19,125 bases of DNA from an uncultured archaeon. Lineage in GTDB: Archaea > Asgardarchaeota > Jordiarchaeia > Jordiarchaeales > Jordiarchaeaceae. The notes beneath the pieces were generated by a model, which was given only the letters and a program-made list of their open reading frames with translations, did not search any database and had not been told where the DNA came from. The DNA is taken from contig CAZECW010000125.1 of assembly GCA_964510585.1 (NCBI GenBank), forward strand, positions 1 to 19,125. The letters are read 5' to 3'. The first letter of the stretch is position 1. Every line of letters starts with the position of its first letter. Shown piece by piece: positions 15,928 to 19,125 of this stretch. Made by a program: the position numbers and the translations under genes.

Positions 15928-16479
15928 GTTTTTCAAAAAAACTTCTGAAGTAGGAAAATGTATTACACCCTCAGCTGTATACACTCAGTCAAAACCTTTA
16001 ATGGAAGCGTTTCAATAGGATCCCAACAAAGAATCATAAAGATGCTGCGGGTTTAAAAAAATCCCAGAAATCTTCCAGTGAGAAGGAAATACGGTGTTTT
16101 TTTTAAGTATCCTTTTTTTGTTGAGATGTACCGTTGGGGTGGTTTTTGACTCTGCCTGATATTTACCTTAAACAGTTAATTTCCGAACATAGAACATGCA
16201 TTAGGGTAATATTGGGGTGCGCCTTTGGCTAAAATGCTTAAATTATTCGATAGAGGTGTAGTTCTGGATAGATGGGTGTTAAAGTTAGAAAATTGTCGAA
16301 TTTTTTTGGGTATGTTCTCAATTTTATAGTTTATAATTCAATTTTTGCTTTCTTTTGTTGTGAATATCGCAATATAATTTATTTATTTTTGAGATATTTT
16401 TTTATATGAAATGTTACTATAATATAATTAAGGCTGGCTGAAAGGAATTTGGAAAATAGTTGGTGGGTGGCCAATTTAG

Positions 16480-17484
16480 ATGAAGCCGAGTCTCCTAATC
16501 ATAGGCATCACCTTCTTGGCGGTTTCCCTACTGGCTGTTAAAATACAGGGCCAAAATCTTATGTTTCTCCTTCCGCTGTTGTTACTAATTGTTTCTTTGT
16601 CCGGGGTGGGAATCGCTGCGGTTACCATTTGGAGGAAATATGTTATTCCCGTTAAGGCTCTGGCTAGTTTAGAAAACATTATTGTGGATCACATGCCCAG
16701 TGGTATTACTCTGTGGGCTTTTGATTTTGTTGAAATGCAGAAGCACACCATTATCGTTTCAGGATTCATTGCGGCAGTAAAATATTTTATGATTGAAATG
16801 CGTAAAGGAGATTTAAAAAAGCTGGAAACAGAGTTTGGGACATTCATAAAAGAGGATGGAGATTTTTTAACTGTCACCTGTATTACCAGTGGTAACACTA
16901 AAGCGGAAGAGGAGTGGATTAGGCAAAGGCTGCAAACCTTTCTGCGTGTTGCCGAAATTCACCACTGGAATGATCTCATAAATTGGGCTGGTGACACGTC
17001 AATTTTTGAAGAATCGCTTTTCCAAATCATTTCCTCAGTAGTCAACATGAATAACACAGTTAAACTCCAGAAGCAAAGGATTTCCAACATGAGGAGGAAG
17101 AAGGCCAGACTTTATGCAGAGCTTAAAAAATTGGACTCAGAGATAGATACAATTGAGACGCAGTTCCGGAATGGAAAAATTAGTGAAGAAGAATTTGAGG
17201 TTAGGAAAACTAGGACTAAAAACAAGTACAAAAGAATTCGCGAATACTATATCAATACCTGCTTGTTACTCTCAAGAGTTACCCACAAACCAACAGGAGA
17301 AGGAGTAGAAGCTTCCAGAGAAATAGAAAAAATTAGAACCAACTTCCTCAAACTTAAGGGAGAAATAGACAATTTACACCTAAAAAAATCTGAAGGCACC
17401 ATTACCCCAAGCGATATCAAAAATAAAGAAAAAATTCAGAAAGAACTAACAATCCTCATAGAAAATCTAGAAAAATTTATGTAA
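16480..17484 (+). CDS. Membrane-anchored protein: 2 TM + longin-like domain + coiled coil with SHOCT-like motifs (334 aa)
   Basis: Two N-terminal hydrophobic segments; SGITLWAFDF…IVSGFIAAVKYF..EM..G.L…LINWAGDTSIFE matches the pattern I associate with Asgard longin domains; K/E-rich heptad region with GKISEEEF. GGTGGGTGG RBS. Confidence 0.75.
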   Translation: MKPSLLIIGITFLAVSLLAVKIQGQNLMFLLPLLLLIVSLSGVGIAAVTIWRKYVIPVKALASLENIIVDHMPSGITLWAFDFVEMQKHTIIVSGFIAAVKYFMIEMRKGDLKKLETEFGTFIKEDGDFLTVTCITSGNTKAEEEWIRQRLQTFLRVAEIHHWNDLINWAGDTSIFEESLFQIISSVVNMNNTVKLQKQRISNMRRKKARLYAELKKLDSEIDTIETQFRNGKISEEEFEVRKTRTKNKYKRIREYYINTCLLLSRVTHKPTGEGVEASREIEKIRTNFLKLKGEIDNLHLKKSEGTITPSDIKNKEKIQKELTILIENLEKFM

Positions 17485-17553
17485 CCATACCAAAAAGAAG
17501 GTAAAGTATTGAATTTACTTTACTCTTATTATTGCAGTCTCTATTTCTCAGGC

Positions 17554-18696
17554 TTAATGGATTCTTTCAGTTTCAACTCTCATTATGGCTTCTCTTCCCG
17601 TCTTTTCTGGAATTTCCTCCCTGACCCTTACTAGTTTTATGGCGTCGTGGGGACACTTGTGGGCACATATCCCGCAGCCTATACATCTTTCCTCCAAAAT
17701 CATAATTTTCTCGTCTGATAGGTTTTCACTGTGGGGATAATGGTGATAAATTGCTTGGAGAGGACACCACTTTATGCATGTTTCACACAGGCGACAATTT
17801 TCATGGCTTATTTCGGGCATAAAATTAGATTTCGCAACAGAGCGGGGATTGTGAAGCTGCGTTATGCCTCTCAATAGAATGCAGCAGTCGTTGCAACAGT
17901 TACAGATAAAGTTTGGTTTCTCCTGCTGATTGCTTACAGTGTGTACGAGACCTGCGTCTTCGGCTTTTTTGAGTATTTCTAGGGCTTCCTCCTTGGACAC
18001 CCTTCTCCCATTGCGGTACTTTATCAAGTATTCGGCGAATCGGTCGAAACTAAAGCAGACCTCCAAGGGTTTATCACAATTGTTGGCTGAAAGCCGGCAG
18101 GCACAGGGATTAACCGCTATGCTTCTTGCCTCTTCAATGTATTTGCTCACCTTCTCGAAGGGAAGAATCTCTGCTTGCACACTGATTTTCTCCTCAATGG
18201 GAATCACCCTCATTAGGGGATAGTTTGAAGCCCCCAACTCCATTCCCCAGTGGGAATACATCGCCTCATGTATCTTAGCGTATTCCCTCTTTCTGTCCGT
18301 GATTACACCGTCATTCATTTGGAGTTCAAAAATTCCCGGAACATAAGGCAACATACTGTAGTAGGTTTTACCGTCTCTGCTGCTGGTAAATTCAAAAAGC
18401 GAACCATTCCGAGCCAGCTTCTCAAAAATACTCTTAACATAGTCTACGTTCTTCCCGGTTTCCCCTGCCACCTGCTCAATTGTTTTCGCATCAATGTAGG
18501 GAGCGTTGAAGGCAGAGCAGAGGAGCTCTGCTTCCTCGGGAGTGTAAATTAATTTTAAAATTTTCAGCATATCCTTACTCTTGGGGACTTTTACAGGCCA
18601 CCGGTTAACCTTCTGTCTCAAAAGTTCATAAACATCTTCGCCCATAAAACCACAACCAATAGACCATTGAACTGAATCTTTCTTTAAGTTTTCCAC
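17554..18696 (-). CDS. Cys-rich iron-sulfur protein: N-terminal helical domain, CxCR…CNCCxDCC cluster, C-terminal 2x[4Fe-4S] ferredoxin (380 aa; alternative start ATG 18645)
   Basis: PCACR…C…C, SKEEALEIL..AE..GLVH, FICNCCNDCC, CRLCETCIKWCP, CIGCGICAHKCP. Confidence 0.88.
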   Translation of the reverse strand: MENLKKDSVQWSIGCGFMGEDVYELLRQKVNRWPVKVPKSKDMLKILKLIYTPEEAELLCSAFNAPYIDAKTIEQVAGETGKNVDYVKSIFEKLARNGSLFEFTSSRDGKTYYSMLPYVPGIFELQMNDGVITDRKREYAKIHEAMYSHWGMELGASNYPLMRVIPIEEKISVQAEILPFEKVSKYIEEARSIAVNPCACRLSANNCDKPLEVCFSFDRFAEYLIKYRNGRRVSKEEALEILKKAEDAGLVHTVSNQQEKPNFICNCCNDCCILLRGITQLHNPRSVAKSNFMPEISHENCRLCETCIKWCPLQAIYHHYPHSENLSDEKIMILEERCIGCGICAHKCPHDAIKLVRVREEIPEKTGREAIMRVETERIH

Positions 18697-18795
18697 TCCT
18701 CCTCCTAAGAGGTCCTGGAAGATAAGAATAGCTAGCTTTTTTTAACCAAAAATTTATTATGAAACCTCAATGTAGGTGTGAGGGGTGTTTTTAAG

Positions 18796-19125
18796 ATGCC
18801 CAAAGTGAAGGCAAACGATATTGAGATTTACTATGAACTGCATGGGAGTGGGACCCCGCTAGTTTTGATTCAGGGATGGGGTTATAGTTCAGAGATGTGG
18901 AGTCCCGAGTTCATAGGGAAATTTTCAAAATTTTACAGAGTCATCACATTTGACAATCGTGGAACTGGGCGGAGCAGTGCACCGGACATCCCCTACACCA
19001 TAAAAATGTTGGCGGATGACCTTGCGGGGTTGATGGATGCCATAAAGGTTCCCAAAGCCCACATACTAGGAGCCTCAATGGGGGCAATGATTGCCCAGGA
19101 ATTCGCTATTAATTATCCCCAGAAG
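18796..19125 (+). CDS. Alpha/beta hydrolase (PcaD/lipase-like), 3'-truncated at the window edge
   Basis: Hand translation: MPKVKANDIEIYYELHGSGTPLVLIQGWG…FDNRGTGRS…ILGASMGAMIAQEFA, containing the GxSxG nucleophile motif. GGGGTG RBS. Absent from the supplied ORF track. Confidence 0.92.
   Translation, partial: MPKVKANDIEIYYELHGSGTPLVLIQGWGYSSEMWSPEFIGKFSKFYRVITFDNRGTGRSSAPDIPYTIKMLADDLAGLMDAIKVPKAHILGASMGAMIAQEFAINYPQK

Noticed and set aside
15950-16470. Long intergenic gap with short protein-like fragments
   Set aside because: No consistent frame, repeats, tRNA fold or IS ends that I could identify; a translated search is needed.
1035-18552. Many short ORF-track entries overlapping the long genes on the opposite strand or in another frame (e.g. 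1334-1597, 4797-5033, 6582-6911, 12616-13437, 15347-15844, 17930-18552)
   Set aside because: They are shadows of well-supported genes, with no motifs or RBS.
1-19125. CRISPR arrays, rRNA/tRNA genes, transposases, integrases
   Set aside because: No repeat-spacer periodicity, cloverleaf-like segments or DDE/tyrosine-recombinase motifs were seen.

Overview
Archaeal genomic window with no rRNA, tRNA, CRISPR array or recognisable transposase. GGTG/GGAGG ribosome-binding sites, TATA/BRE promoters and oligo-T terminators indicate an archaeon. A membrane-anchored longin-like protein and a NosD beta-helix membrane protein suggest an Asgard lineage (inference). Contents: (1) two SdhA/FrdA-family flavoproteins and one TfrB-like Fe-S/CCG subunit, with no membrane-anchor genes; one flavoprotein has a remodelled substrate site; (2) three two-gene toxin-antitoxin-like cassettes (RHH + retropepsin-like protease, nucleotidyltransferase + small partner, vapBC); (3) a glycyl radical enzyme (GRE) with an N-terminal SCP2-like extension and unusual active-site motifs, its activase, and a divergent PIG-L/LmbE deacetylase; (4) a 2TM-longin-coiled-coil protein; (5) a Cys-rich Fe-S protein and the 5' part of an alpha/beta hydrolase. 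The best candidate for an undescribed system is the SCP2-GRE/activase/deacetylase locus, possibly radical chemistry on a lipid or other hydrophobic substrate. All family calls come from motifs read by eye and recalled consensus sequences; no database search was run.
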